Notes under the pieces: generated by a model
Told to the model about the DNA's origin: nothing
What the model saw: only the letters and a program-made list of their open reading frames with translations
Database searches by the model: none
Part shown: in pieces, positions 45,401-58,198 of the stretch
How positions within the stretch are numbered: position 1 is the first letter of the stretch
How the letters are laid out: every line of letters begins with the position of its first letter
Position numbers and translations under genes: made by a program
DNA from: Podarcis muralis
Taxonomy: Eukaryota
Length of the DNA: 64,000 bases
NCBI RefSeq assembly: GCF_964188315.1
Contig: NC_135667.1
Coordinates: forward strand, 21,018,001 to 21,082,000
Direction of reading: 5' to 3'

Positions 45401-48400
45401 AAGGGTAGGAGAGAGAGAGAGAGAGAAGGCGGAAAGGGGGCGGGGGAAGGGGAAGGAAAGGTAGAAGTGGAGGAAGGTAGGGATGGGAGAGGAAGGAAAG
45501 GGAGATTAGGAGGTGTAGGGAGGAAGTTTGGGGTGGGAAGAGCAGTGGCTGCTCTGGCTCTTTCCTCCCCTTTACCTCCAACTCCATGGAGAGACTGATG
45601 CCTTTCAAACATTTTAGACAGTAGCTCCCAATACAAATCCCTCGGCATTATAAGGGAAACTGTGTTTGCCTCATAGCACATAGTTTTGCCAAAGTTGTGC
45701 TGCCTGAAAAGACTACCCAACCTGCCATTTCAAGCTGTGCATTGCCGTGGGAGATCAGTAGTCATGGGCAATATTTCTTCCAAGGATGCTTCCAAATACT
45801 CTCTTAAGTTTCCCTTGTACACTGCTATTGAAAGAAACAGTAGAACTAATGAGCTTAGTTCCTTCTTGTTGATTATCATTCCCTCACGTATGCTGTTCTC
45901 CATGTGCGTAGCAAATATTGTAAAGTATGTGTTGGGGTGCCCTCCCGTTTGCTTGCTAGGTCATTGCCTTCAAATGCATACATATTCTAACACCTCTTGC
46001 CTAAAATTGAGAGTAAACTTTGTAAAAGCTGGGCAGTAACACAAGATGATCTAGTGCTCAGGGTCTAATTTGGGTTTCTTACTCTTTGCTGGAGGATTGG
46101 TTCTGAATAAAATACTTCAAAACTCTGCTTAATCAGTGCCTTCAGTAATTGAGAATGGGAAACAAATAACCAACACTAAAACCATTTTCCATTTCCAAAT
46201 TCCTGATGGAAGATGTATGCCTTGACCTATGTTTGAAAAGATGTCCCACTTATTCCAGTAATGCTGCTGGTGCTCACAATCTGTTTCCATCTCTCCAATA
46301 GTGGGGAACATCCCATATGAAGCCACAGAAGAGCAGTTAAAGGACATTTTCTCAGAGGTTGGGCCTGTCGTCAGTTTCCGGTGAGACATATGCCTGTTAG
46401 GATTTCCTGAATCAGAGAAGCTGAGTCTGAAGAGCTGAGAAAGCTGGATGAGGATGTGGCATGGGTGGTGGTGGTAGTAGATACCATAGGATCTTAAGTC
46501 ATGGGTGGGGAATCTTGGCTAAGAAATTTAACTGAGAAGTATTAAGCACTTTGTATGCAGAAGGTCCCACCTTCAGTCTTTTGCACTTCTCAGTCCAACC
46601 TGCCTCACATAGTTGTGAAGATAAAATGGGTGGGGTGGGGTGGCTATGTATACCAACCTGAACTCCGTGAAAGAAAGGTGGGATATAAATATTACAAACC
46701 TCCAATAAAATGTTAAGGTAGCACAGGGATGAGGAATCTGTGGTGCTCCAGAAGTCATTGGACTCGTATCTCCCATTTGCCACAATCCCAGTGGTCAGAG
46801 ATGATGAACGTTGCCGTCCAAGAACATCCAGAGGGCAACAGGTTCCCTGTCCTTGAGATATCATATGCGGGGGAAAGCTTTTGTCTCTTTGAGACCCTGG
46901 AGAGATGCTGCCAGTAGATAATACTGAACTGGATAGACAAATAATCTAATCTGATTTAAGGTAGCTTCCCATATAATAGGACAGTATATAGCCAGTTAGC
47001 CCAACTGCAGTGCCCCTGATCCCCAGCTTTCACGAAACCCTTTCCCCTCCCTCTCATGCCTTTCTGCTCATTACAGTTTGTTTTCTGTGCTTGTTGGCTA
47101 GATTGGTGTATGACCGAGAGACGGGCAAACCAAAAGGTTATGGCTTTTGTGAATATCAAGACCAGGAGACGGCACTCAGTGCCATGCGGAATCTGAATGG
47201 ACGTGAGTTCAGTGGGAGAGCCCTGCGTGTGGACAACGCAGCCAGCGAGAAGAACAAAGAGGAGCTGAAGAGTGAGTCTGAAGGCCTTGTGGAAGGGAGG
47301 AGGGCGGGGAGGCAGCAGCTGCCATGCGCTGCCAGTCAAGGTGTTCATGACAAGATGAAGATCTCTGGTTCTAACCCAATCTTCTCTACTAGGCCTGGGC
47401 ACTGGGGCCCCCATCATTGAGTCGCCCTACGGAGACCCTGTGAACCCTGAAGATGCTCCCGAGTCCATCAGCAGGGCTGTTGCCAGCCTCCCACCAGAGC
47501 AGATGTTTGAACTGATGAAGCAGATGAAGGTCAGTGGACAGTATGGCCGAGAGCAGTCAAGCCAAGTGTTTAACAGCTCACCTGGTAGCAGCCGTAAGTG
47601 GGTAGGAAGTTCATGTAGGCTAGTCTTTCCTCTCCAGTCCACACCCATTTCTCACTCTAGGTGCAAAGAGAATAAAGCTTATTTCACCACGACTAGCACA
47701 GAAACCAAAACAGTCTTACGTAGGCATGGTGCAGCACTCCATATCACCTCCAACCTTCCACTTGATAAAAAATGGTTGGTTGGTTTTAACTGCGCTGCTG
47801 AGAGGCTCACCCATAGCTTGCATTTTCATACTGGTTGCAGAGGAGAAGGCTTCTCTGTGGCTACCAGAGATATGAAATAGTTTCCCACGTCTTCTCTCGA
47901 GTTTATTTGTGTGTTTCTAATTGTGAACTGCCCTGAGATCTTTTGATGAAGAACAGTTTATTAATAATAATAATAGCCTGGACTGGGGAGAAATGCTCTA
48001 TGCCCCCCCCCCCCAATATTGCTGAACTACAGCTCTCCATCATCCCTGCCCATTGGCTGTGCTTGCTAGGACTAATGGGAGTTGCAGTTTAGCCACATTG
48101 GGAGGGCCAAATGTTCTCCACACCTGCTTTAAATGCTGGGGAATTTCAATCCAGCTGCCCTGTGTGCTTTCCCATCCTCTCTCTTTCTCTCTCCAGCTCT
48201 GTGTCCAGAACAGTCCTCAGGAGGCTCGGAGCATGCTGCTGCAGAACCCTCAGCTCGCCTATGCTCTGCTGCAGGCCCAGGTGGTGATGCGGATTGTGGA
48301 TCCGGAGATCGCTCTGGTATGCTTGCGACATCTCTTGCCTTGGGGAAGCGGGGTGGGGGGTGGGATGTTGCCCCCGAGGTGGGGCCATGTGTTTCTGCAA

Positions 48401-51400
48401 CATAAACACTTAATAGGCTTTACTCTGCCATTTCCCTTCCCTAGAAAATCTTGCATCGGCAGACGACCGTCCCAGCTCTGATTCCAAGCGGCCTGCAAGC
48501 GGGTCCAGGACAAGGGCCTGGGCCTGGGCAAGGTCCTGGGCCTGGACCTGGACCTGGACCCGGACCAGGGCCTGGTCCTGGTCCTGGTCCTGGTCCAAAT
48601 GCACAGATGAACCAGCCAAACGTCCCCTCCTCCCAGCCACAACCAATAGTAAGAGTTTGTTGCTTTGAGTAGAATCTTATCCCTTGCTCTGTGGGCTGAG
48701 TCTTATTTCCCAGTTGTAAATGATACGCTAGTTGTCTATGTCACAATCTGTTGATGTCCTTTCCTATTTGTTGTTTTTATGATGGTTTTAGTTAAACCTT
48801 TATTGAACATGAATATATCCATTACAAATAATTTGATAAATTTCATAGAGTTTTGATTAGTCCTTTATTAGTAGCTATATTTGTTATATTAGCATTTAAA
48901 TGGGTTAATACAGTGGGGACAAACTTAGGACCAGAAATCAATTGCCCACCTGAGTGAGAATAAGGCTTCACAATCTGTTTTCATTCCCTCTTTCCAAGCA
49001 GGGGGGTATGCATGTCAATGGAGCCCCCCCTATGATGCAGCCACCCATGCAGGGAGGAGTGCCAGCCCCAGGGCAAATGCCAAGCTCTGGCCCTGGCCCC
49101 TTGGCTCCTGGAGGTGAGTTCTTCTCTGTGGGGGTGTGGGGGGGGTGTCTTTCCCAACATCTGTAATTGATTTGGCAGTCATAATTTTTGACTCTGGGTC
49201 CCTGGGTTCCAGGGATAAGGAGATATAGGAAACCTCAGGGCAGGAAAGGGCTGAATTTGGCCACACATGGCAAGTGGAATCAAGGTTGGCAACATTGGAA
49301 GACTATAATCCTTTGCACATATAACTCTGGGTCAGCACCAGTGAATGTAGAACGTCTTTCTTAAGAAACATGCATAGGGTTAAGTGGTTTAGCCAGGTTG
49401 AAAATTGAGATAATTGGTGTTGATAATATTTAGTGATCTGATGTGGAGGATAGCAATACAGTTTGTTTATTTTCATTTTCTAACATTTTTAAAAACCCTT
49501 CTTTCTTGGTTTTATTTTATTTATCTTTGTCTTTTGCGTGCCTTGCTGGGCTTTCACTTTGCTGTTTTAAATCAGCTTTTTATTTAACAACTCATTTGAC
49601 AACGCAGGCATTCATGAATTCCATGCGAGGGAGCAAGAGAGCCAGAGGAGGAGGGATGGGTTGCTCACATCCTCCCTCCTGCAGCCCACTTCTGTGCTAG
49701 GTATGGGAGAAGGAAAGCCTCTTTCTCAATGGAGAACGCTGGAGGAAGAGGCATGGTAGAATGCTTTTTTCCTTCTCTTTTTTCAGTAGCCTTCTAGGAA
49801 GATGAGGCTTTCCTTCTTTCCACATCCAGCATGGAAACACAGGCTTCTGGTCTGATAGTGGTCTAGTAAACATAAATAAATTGCAGGGTATTTGTTGGCT
49901 TGTTTACAAGACTGGTTTTGAATCCCTGAGTCTCCCAGCACACCCTCATAATCAACCCAGTGCCTCCTTTGCTTAACACGGCTTTTTCTCCCCAGGTGGC
50001 ATGCCAGGAGGTGGCCCGATGCTCTTGGAACGTGGTCAAGGTAAAGCATATGGCTGCCTTCTGTCACTTAGCCAGCAGAGGGCGTCACTCCTTGAAATGC
50101 TTCCCACTCCCTCCTTTTTCTTTCATACAAAGTTAATGGGCTTGCTTTGTTCTGGTGGTGGAGGCCAAGGGGTTTGTGTGTGTGTGTAGATGTTGCTGCA
50201 TGTTTGTTATTCCACCTGGTTGCACTGAAATTTACCTCTGGTTCTGCAAGTAACAAAACATCCTTTTGGAATTGCCTTTTTGAGCCAGCCTGCAAATCCC
50301 ATTTTAGCCCTGAGGCTCCAACCTCCAGGTGCTCCCAGAAGCTCATGGAGCTGATGGACATAAAGAAACAAGTCTATTTTTTGCATTTATTTATTACTTT
50401 TTCCTGTCAGGTCCCAGGGGCAAGTTGTAGTATTATTCTCAGTAATAACTGGCTGAGAAGGAGAGACCAATAGCCCAGCTCTGAGTTCAGTGGAGCTTAT
50501 TCTCAATAAGCCATGCAAAGGATGGCATCTTTAGTGAGCTTTGTTGCTAAGTGGGGGGACGGGGTTTGTACCTGTGTTTCTCATGCTCAAAGAGTCCCCA
50601 TTCGTATTTGTTATATAGCCTTTTTTTGGCCTGATTCACACATAATGCTAAGCCATAGTTTGCTGTGTGTGTTGTGTGTGAACCCTGTCCAGAAGCTGAG
50701 CGATAGTTTCTTCACTGTCAGCAAACCACTATCTGGAGCTATGGTTTGTTTTAAACTATGACTTGGTGTTATGTATGAACCCAGCACGCTTCCTCCTGGG
50801 TGGCTGATGCAGATCACCACCAAAAAGGAGGTCCAGATAAACACTGAAGGATCAATGGATGCCCCCAGTCAAGGGAGAGAATGGGACAATTTCTTTTATG
50901 TGCTTCTCCTTAGATGGCTTGGCTACAAGCAAGAGTCTTGTTATTGTTTGCAGCTATGTGGCCCCTAATGTCAGTAGCACTGAGAACTATATCAAACTTT
51001 TACGTATAGTTATTCCGAGTCCAAAGATCAACATAAAATGACCAGGGGGGAAATGCACAAAAGTCTACTTTTCAATTGGAATAAAAAGCTTGAAGACTTT
51101 CAAGAAACAGAAACACAAAGCATTACGTTGGCTGCTGTAATCAGGAAAACTTCTACAACCATACTTTAAAACTTGCAAAAGTTAAAATACTTAGCCATCT
51201 GGGTAGGCTTATCTAAACAAGAACGTTTTAGCAGGCGTGGAAAAGAGGTCAGTGAAGGCCTATTGGCTTGACATCAGTAGGCAGGGAATTCCAAAGTGTA
51301 GGCACAGCCACACTATGGAATCATATTCTGAGGGGGTGGTCCCTCCTTTCATTTAAAGGGAAGTGTCTCCAGAGCTGTTCCAGAAGAAGAGGGAGGGGCA

Positions 51401-54400
51401 CTCTAGGCAGGTGTGCGTCTATGCACACACAGATGCAGCAAGTGCACCTCCTGTTGATGTGTCTGCTCTTTCTCCCTCTCTTCCTGCTGCCGGGCCAGGG
51501 AACCTGCAGCTCTCTCCCGTGGGACCTGCCAGGCCTTCCTCTATTGAGCGAGTACAAGGTACCTGTAGTTGCGGTTGGCTCCCCTTGCTCATTGCATGCC
51601 CTGGGGGGAGTATGCAAGACAAGGCCTCTGCTTACTTTGGGGGTGCAGGCCACATGGCTCAGAGAGTGGTGTGGGACATGCTGTCGTGGGGAGAGGGAGA
51701 AACGCCATCTTTGTGCAAGGAGGCTCCCTGTTGCAGGTTCGTTTGATCACCTGGCCTCCTCCTGTTGTTAACAAAGACTTGGGGTGGCAACACAAGTGTT
51801 GAGTATGTGGCAGGCAATTCAAAGCCTGGAGCTTTTGAAATTAACCCATCTCTCTGCAACTGCATCTGCGCCTACCTGCCCTCTGTGAAGCTTGACTTTC
51901 CCCCTCTTTTGTCTCAAGTGAAGCCAATGCTCACAAAGTGGAATCGCGCTTCTCTCCCATGATTTTAATTCCCCCTGCCATCTGCCTTCCCAACAGTGCC
52001 CATGCCGGATCCACGGGCCCCCATGCAGCGTGGCCCAATGCCAGCTAGTGGTCCACCACCCCGAGGCCTTCTGGGAGACGCCCCAAATGATCCACGTGGG
52101 GGAACTCTGCTGTCAGTCACTGGAGAAGTGGAACCCAGGTAGGCAGAATGGCCTAGAACTTCTAAAATGGGTGTTAATAATAATGGTAGGCTATTGGTAG
52201 CCCGGACTGCTTGCATTAATTCTAAAAATACAACTAGGAAGCAACTGTGTCTCTTCCTCTGGAGTCCTGGGGACTTGCCACAAGGGGAAGCTGTAGTCCT
52301 GGTGGTTTGTTGCAGGTCTGTCTGAGTTGCGCCACTGTATTGCAAGTGGGAACTCTCCCAAAAGAAACAGGAAGGTAGCAAGGCTGGAACTCTTCTGCCG
52401 GCCATCTTCTTTTATGTGTGCAGAATGTTGTTTTGTTGCAGTGCATATTTTTTTTTTTGTAATGCAATAACATTTGAGCCTCCTACTTGCCTCTTGGAAG
52501 TCCAGGCAGAGATTGTCTCACCTTGTTTGCTGTGTGAGAAGAATGGAAACTGGGTTTTGATGTCTTTTCTCCTCCTCCACCCCCCTCCCTTCCCATCCTC
52601 TTCTGCAGGGGTTACCTTGGGCCATCGCACCAGGGGCCTCCTCACCAGGGCCCCCCCATGCACCACATGGCTGGTCATGACAATCGTGGGCCGCCCCCCC
52701 ACGAAATGAGAGGTGGGCCAATGGGAGAACCGAGGCCTTTGATGGGAGAGCCACGAGGTCCCATGATGGACACCCGAGGTGAGAGACGGTTTCAGGGTCA
52801 AATGAAAAGGGACGTTTATTTAATGCCAGCGGTATAAATCCCAGCACAGTAAAGGATCCCTCAGGGGAGTGATATATGAAATGAATAGCAGTTGGTGTTT
52901 TGTTCCCCTTTGTAGCAGATGCAGATAATAAAATAACTTGTACAATAAATCACACAATAACGAATAGAAATAATTATACAAGTATACCATGTTCTAGAAG
53001 ATCAAATTGTATCCTCGCCCCAAAGCAAAACTTCCCCGGCTACAAACACACACAAAATCAAGCCACGAAAATGTTAAAAATCAAACTGGTACAATCAGTT
53101 ATTTAATTCTCCCTAACTTGGGCAAGTAACTCCCAGGTTTGCTTCTCCGTCTATCAGATGTGTTAAGTTTGATGGTCTTCAATGCAGGTGGAAGAGATCC
53201 AAGGGGAATGGAGCCCCGAGGCATGGATGGCAGGGGCATGGAGCCCAGAGGAATGGAGCCCAGGGGAATGGAGCCCAGAGTGATGGATGCCAGGGGCATG
53301 GAACCCCGAGGGATGGAGCCCAGAGTGATGGAAATGCGGGGCATGGAGCCCAGAGGAATGGAACCTCCTCGGGGCATGGAGCCTCGTGGGATGGAGCCCA
53401 GGGGCATGGAACCTCCTCGGGGCATGGAGCCACCCAGGGGCATGGAGCCCCCCAGGGGGATGGAGCCCCCCAGAGGCATGGAACCACCCAGGGGAATGGA
53501 GCCACCCAGGGGAATGGAGCCACCCAGGGGGATGGAACCCAGAGGCATGGACTCCAGGGGCCCTGGCCCCAATCCAAGGGGTCCAATGACTGGAGGCATT
53601 CAAGGCCCTGGACCTCTTAGCATGGCATCCACTGTCTCGCAGGGGCCTCGACAGGTATGTGGGGCAACCGTGGTCTGTTGCATTTTCACTGAGGGGTCCT
53701 TGTTGCCAGTGCAAGGACAGCCTCAGTTGGTCACGCCAGCCGATTGGCATAACAATCCAGTCTCCACATGGAGGTGGGAGAGGGAGGGAGGAATCTTCGT
53801 CTTGAATGCTCCCCCTAGTTGGTTCCTGACCAAGACAGGAAGTGGCTTCAGGGTTGACTGATCACTTAGATAAAACTCTAGACCAGGGTTTCCCAAACTT
53901 GGGTTGCCAGCTGTTTTTGGACTACAACTCCCATCACCCCTAGCTAGCAGGACCAGCAGTCAGGGCTGATGGGAACTGTAGTCCAAAAACCACTGGAGAC
54001 CCAAGTTTGGGAAACCGTGCTCTAGAGCAAGGATGGGGAACTTGCACCCCTCCTGAGATTGCTGGACTCCAGCTCTCATCGGCCCCAGCAAAGTTTGATC
54101 GGTGATTACTAGATTCATAGTCCAGCAACATTTGAAGTTGGGGAGTTGTGTCACAGGTTCCCAACCCCTGTGCTGGATGGAAAGGCAAACACTCTGGCCG
54201 GCCCTGTGCCTTTGCAGCAGAGAACAATTCCTAGTGCAAAGCTCAGAACCCAGCAGTATGAGAGATCATTAGAGAGAGCTGAGTCCTTAGCTGGGGAGCT
54301 GACTGTGGAAATTAGGGATTCTCTCCTAATACTCTACCAAGCTTTTCCTAACAGTTATACTTAATCCTTTCTAAGTCGTTGGCTGGAAAATCCATGCATT

Positions 54401-55459
54401 GGGGAAGGGAGCAGGAGTGGTGATCTGTTTCTTTTGAAGTTGTGGTCGGAAATTATATTGGCTGTGGTTAGTGAATTGCTACCGGCCACGTCCCCATGTG
54501 CTTTTCTAATCAAAGGCTTGCTGTCTTACTTTTCCCATGGTTCCCCCCATCCCCCAGCTCAGTGTTCAGAGGTAGTGCAGCTAGTAGGGCCTGGAGCTGC
54601 TTCCAGAGACCCTGTGAATGTTATCCCTTTGCATCCACGTGACCAAGGAGGGGGCAATACATTTTCAGAAATTGTTCTTTGTGTTCACAGGTGCCTAACA
54701 TGCCTGCCGCAGCAATGCAGGCCGGAGGCATGCCAGGACCAAGCGTACAAGCAGCTGGCCAGCCTGGAGGGTTCAGTCCTGGCCAAAACCAGGTAACACC
54801 CCAGGATCATGAAAAGGTAAGCCAAACATTGTTGCCTTCTTTGAGTTCTCCATTAAAGAGGCAAGCAGTAGCGGTCAGCAGGAAAGGGTGGCAGCGCTTA
54901 CATGACCTCCCATCACAGGGGAGGTCAGCGTAGTTCAGATGCACTGGTGGAGCCAATCCTGCACTCCCACCAGTGTGCCTCCACGTCATCACCCCTTCCT
55001 CCTAGGACTCCCCAGTAGCACCAGCGGCAAGAGGCCAGGAAAGTGCTGCTGGCCACTGCTGGAGGCAAAATTGGTGGCAGTAGGAGCAAGGTGTTTTCAG
55101 TGGTGGCTTCAAGGCTCTGGAATGAGAAATTGTTGTAGAGTGCATCCCTCAACTTACAACACAATGTGCTTTGCAGATCTTTTCAAACTAGCTTTTGGCA
55201 TGTAATATGCTGCCCGTGTGTGGTTATTAGTATTTTTTTTATTTTTTAGTGTAATTCAATTGCCAAATCCTTTCTAGGAAAAAAAACAACAATTGGTCTG
55301 AATACACCCTTTTCAGTTTTTCTCATCTCTTCATAGGCCGCACTCATCATGCAGGTCCTCCAGCTGACGGCAGACCAGATAGCTATGTTGCCTCCAGAGC
55401 AAAGGCAGAGCATCCTGATCCTGAAAGAGCAGATACAGAAGTCCACCAGTGCCCCTTGA
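45261..55459 (+). CDS. CSTF2: Cleavage stimulation factor subunit 2 (CstF-64), 650 aa (670 aa with the cassette exon)
   Basis: Exons 45261-45318, 46302-46380, 47102-47271, 47393-47529, 48197-48316, 48445-48648, 49002-49113, 49996-50040, [51499-51558 optional], 51997-52138, 52609-52778, 53188-53654, 54691-54816, 55337-55459 (1953 nt without the optional exon). [30 protein letters not shown] with RNP1 KGYGFCEY, hinge domain, Pro/Gly region, C-terminal [28 protein letters not shown]. Intron-containing, so not the retrogene CSTF2T. Confidence 0.97.
51499..51558 (+). CDS. CSTF2: Candidate alternative in-frame CSTF2 cassette exon (beta-CstF-64 type), [20 protein letters not shown]
   Basis: 60 nt, phase 1-1, ag/gt flanked, between the exons equivalent to human 8 and 9. 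Resembles the 20-aa mammalian insert GTLQHSPVGPAGPASIERVQ as I recall it. Confidence 0.7.
53884..54019. mobile_element. hAT MITE (136 bp)
   Basis: cagggtttcccaaactt/aagtttgggaaaccgtg with TSD ctctagac/ctctagag. A related copy lies at about 16280-16401. Confidence 0.8.
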
Positions 55460-55509
55460 TCTGCACTCTCTGGGTAAGAGGGGAGCTGAGAAATGGTTGT
55501 TCAGCAGTC

Positions 55510-56225
55510 AGATTAAATCAAAAACAATGAATATTTGGTGTTATGTTGGAGGGGATGCCAGGAAACCCGGAATTATGATCACGTGTGGTGGGGGTGTAAA
55601 TATGTACAATTTTTCTGGCAAAGGGTGTTTAAGGAGATAACAGAAATCATTGGGTTAAAGCCAGGCATCCCTAACCTTCGGCCCGCCAGATGTTTTGGAC
55701 TACAATTCCCATCATTCCTTACCACTGGTCCTGTTAGCTAGGGATCATGGGAGTTGTAGGTCAAAACATCTGGAGGGTCGCAGGTTGGGGATGCCTGGGT
55801 TAAAGCTGACTGAAAGTCCAGAGTTAGCATTATTATCAATTTACGATGGGGTGGAAGGTTCGCAGGCTATGAAGGACTTGCTCACAAATTTATTGATAGC
55901 TTCATGAATTATGATAGCTAAAAAGTGGAAGGGGCAAGCAGAATATAAAATGGGAGAATGGTATAAAGGGGTGTGGAATATAGCTATTAATGATAAATTA
56001 ACATGTGCCATTAAGATAAGATGGGGAATACACAGGAAAAATTATTTTGAGGAAATATGGAAGGTGTTTGTAGAATTTGTAGTGTTAAAACAGAAAGGGG
56101 TCAAACCATCGCAAGAGGTGTTGAAATTTTGGGAGGTTGGATAGTAACAATGGTATGGTCTCGGTGGTGGGGTGCACATTTTATTCATGAACATTACTTT
56201 GTCAAAAGAAAAAAAATAGAAATTG
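55510..56225 (+). mobile_element. L1-type LINE 3' fragment in the CSTF2 3' UTR intron, interrupted by a hAT MITE (55662-55797)
   Basis: CWRGC..T..YDHVWWGCKYVQFFW zinc-knuckle motif; the frame resumes after the MITE (LTESPELALL...MIAKKWK); A-rich tail. MITE has an 8-bp duplication (gttaaagc). Confidence 0.85.
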
Positions 56226-56975
56226 TACTGCCCAGGCAGCTCTAGTTCTCTCAGAGTAAACAAAGTGAGAAACCCCCATTGCCTTCTGTTTCCAGTGCTG
56301 CGCTCTCCTGTCAAAGCCCACCAAAATAAAGGGAGGTGTGCAAGCACCCCTGCTCTCATCTTCTCCTGACCATTTCCATGGTTCTTGCACAGGAGAAGGC
56401 CTTGGAGCATTGTGCCTTTGGGTGGGTGGGGGGGGGAGGTTGGGCCCACAATCCTAGATTTTTATGAAGGCACAGCAAAGAGGCACAGTTATTTAATATG
56501 ACTCTGCCGCAGCAGCGTGTTTCTGTTGCACTTCTGCAGGAGCTTTCATATGGGGGAAACCATGCTGGGAAAGCCCAAGGAAAATGATGGCAGGCACGGA
56601 ATAGAGGCATGCTGGCTGTAAAAGATCTGGTGGAGAGTCTAGCCAGCAGCCTGAGCAGAAGCAAGGCACCACCCCTGACTTCAGGCAGCTGCAAACCAAT
56701 GCATGCCCAGACTTTTTCACAACCTTCTAGGCCCCGGCACCTCTCAGCATTCAATAGTGCCTAATTGCACTGATGTCCTTCACAAACTTTTGCCAAGTTC
56801 TCTGCAGTTTTAACTCTTGCCCCTTGTTCCACCAGTTCTGAGTAGGTTGAAAAGCTGTTTCCCCGTCTGCTTTCAGGGATCCACCCGAAATCCCCATTTA
56901 GGCGCTTTTCTGCAGGAGATTGGTGTGATGGGAGCACAGTCCCTCTTCTTAACAGAATCCTCTTTGTTTTCTTAG

Positions 56976-57140
56976 GTTTGGAAAGTTGCCTAAGATATGT
57001 TGAAAATGGCGCTGAAGACTTACTTGGATGCCCTTTCTTTTCCTGAGCCTGGAGCAGAATTTTATTTCAATTTATCTTGTTCAGTTCTCCCCCTTGTTCT
57101 GTTTACTTCCAGATTAAAAACTTGTCCTGGATTTGAGTGA
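56976..57140 (+). other. Probable non-coding last exon of CSTF2
   Basis: Donor tgg|gtaaga 14 nt after the stop (55474). Acceptor ctctttgttttcttag| at 56975. ATTAAA at 57113-57118. Confidence 0.55.
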
Positions 57141-57249
57141 AACCCCCATGGCTTTATTGTACAACTGCATTGCACTCACTTCATCAGTCTCTTCTCCCTG
57201 TTTCTTGCAGGGCAAAGATCAGCTTTGGTCTTCACAAAGCCATTCTTTC

Positions 57250-57760
57250 TCTTTTTTATAGTGTATTTATTGATTTTCATAAACATGGGGAAATACAAAA
57301 ACAAGAAAAAAATGAAATATGCTGGGGGGGGGGGGGAGAGAAACAACATAGATTACAAAAAGACAAGGAGTTGCCAAAATATTTTCATTCCAGAATAGAT
57401 GCTCTGTTGATGCATATGTATTGAAGGCAGATGATAACATGTTTTTTTTTTGTCATTATGTAAGAAATAAAAAATTCAGATAATTCTTCACATTGTCTGT
57501 AGTCTTGTTTTCCTTCTAGCCTGCAAGATCCGTTCTGTTAATAGCTTTCTAGTAAAAGATTTCCAGTTCTGAGAAATGACCAGTCTGGCTGCAGTCACAA
57601 AGTGCACAACAAGAATCTTGGGAGGTGTTTATAACAGTTGAATTGAGCCTGAGCAGCCTGTTTTGGATCAAGTGATATGTCATATTTTGCAATATTAACA
57701 ATGTCAAAAAAGAATTTTAAAAAGCATAAGGACATTCCCACCATATATGGGCAGTATTGG
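57250..57760 (-). mobile_element. L1-type LINE 3' fragment
   Basis: T-rich head on plus; minus translation HFVTAARLVISQNWKS resembles the L1 ORF2 C-terminus. Confidence 0.6.
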
Positions 57761-58002
57761 CCTGGGTTTGCACATCCCTTCCATCCCTTTTATCACTTCG
57801 TCTTCCCAAAATTCTGCACAGTATGCCACTTATGAATAAGATTCAGCATAATTTCTTTTACGAATAAAAAGATGGGTTTCACAATTGGAGATACCCACAT
57901 AACATACCTCTCCCCCCCCCCAATCAATAATGTTTAAATCAGCCTCCCAGCATTTCCTCAAGTCACCAGTGGTGTAAGACAGAATCTTACATGGTTTAGA
58001 GC

Positions 58003-58198
58003 AGAGCTTGCCAAACTTCTCATGTTGGTGACACACTTTTTACACATGTATCGCTTCGCAAAATGGTAATTCAGTTTTGCATCATTTCGAAACACAGTAA
58101 TTTAGTTTTACTAGGAAACTGGGAATTAAACTAACCCCTTTCCAGCCCCAGGAGGAGCGTGGGAAACATTCGCGTGACACACAGTTTGGAAAGCTCTC
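58003..58198. mobile_element. hAT-like MITE
   Basis: Termini cagagcttgccaaact / agtttggaaagctct. Confidence 0.6.

Noticed and set aside
50785-50875. Possible second beta-type CSTF2 exon in intron 8
   Set aside because: The candidate acceptor gives an in-frame TGA after 7 codons and there is no clear donor; no evidence beyond a weak AG.
51080-51085. Intronic AATAAA as an autoregulatory poly(A) site in CSTF2
   Set aside because: The downstream sequence is A-rich rather than GU/U-rich, and a lone hexamer is expected by chance.
53099-53750. Long ORFs in other frames over the CSTF2 repeat exon
   Set aside because: Shadow ORFs of the repetitive GC-rich coding array.
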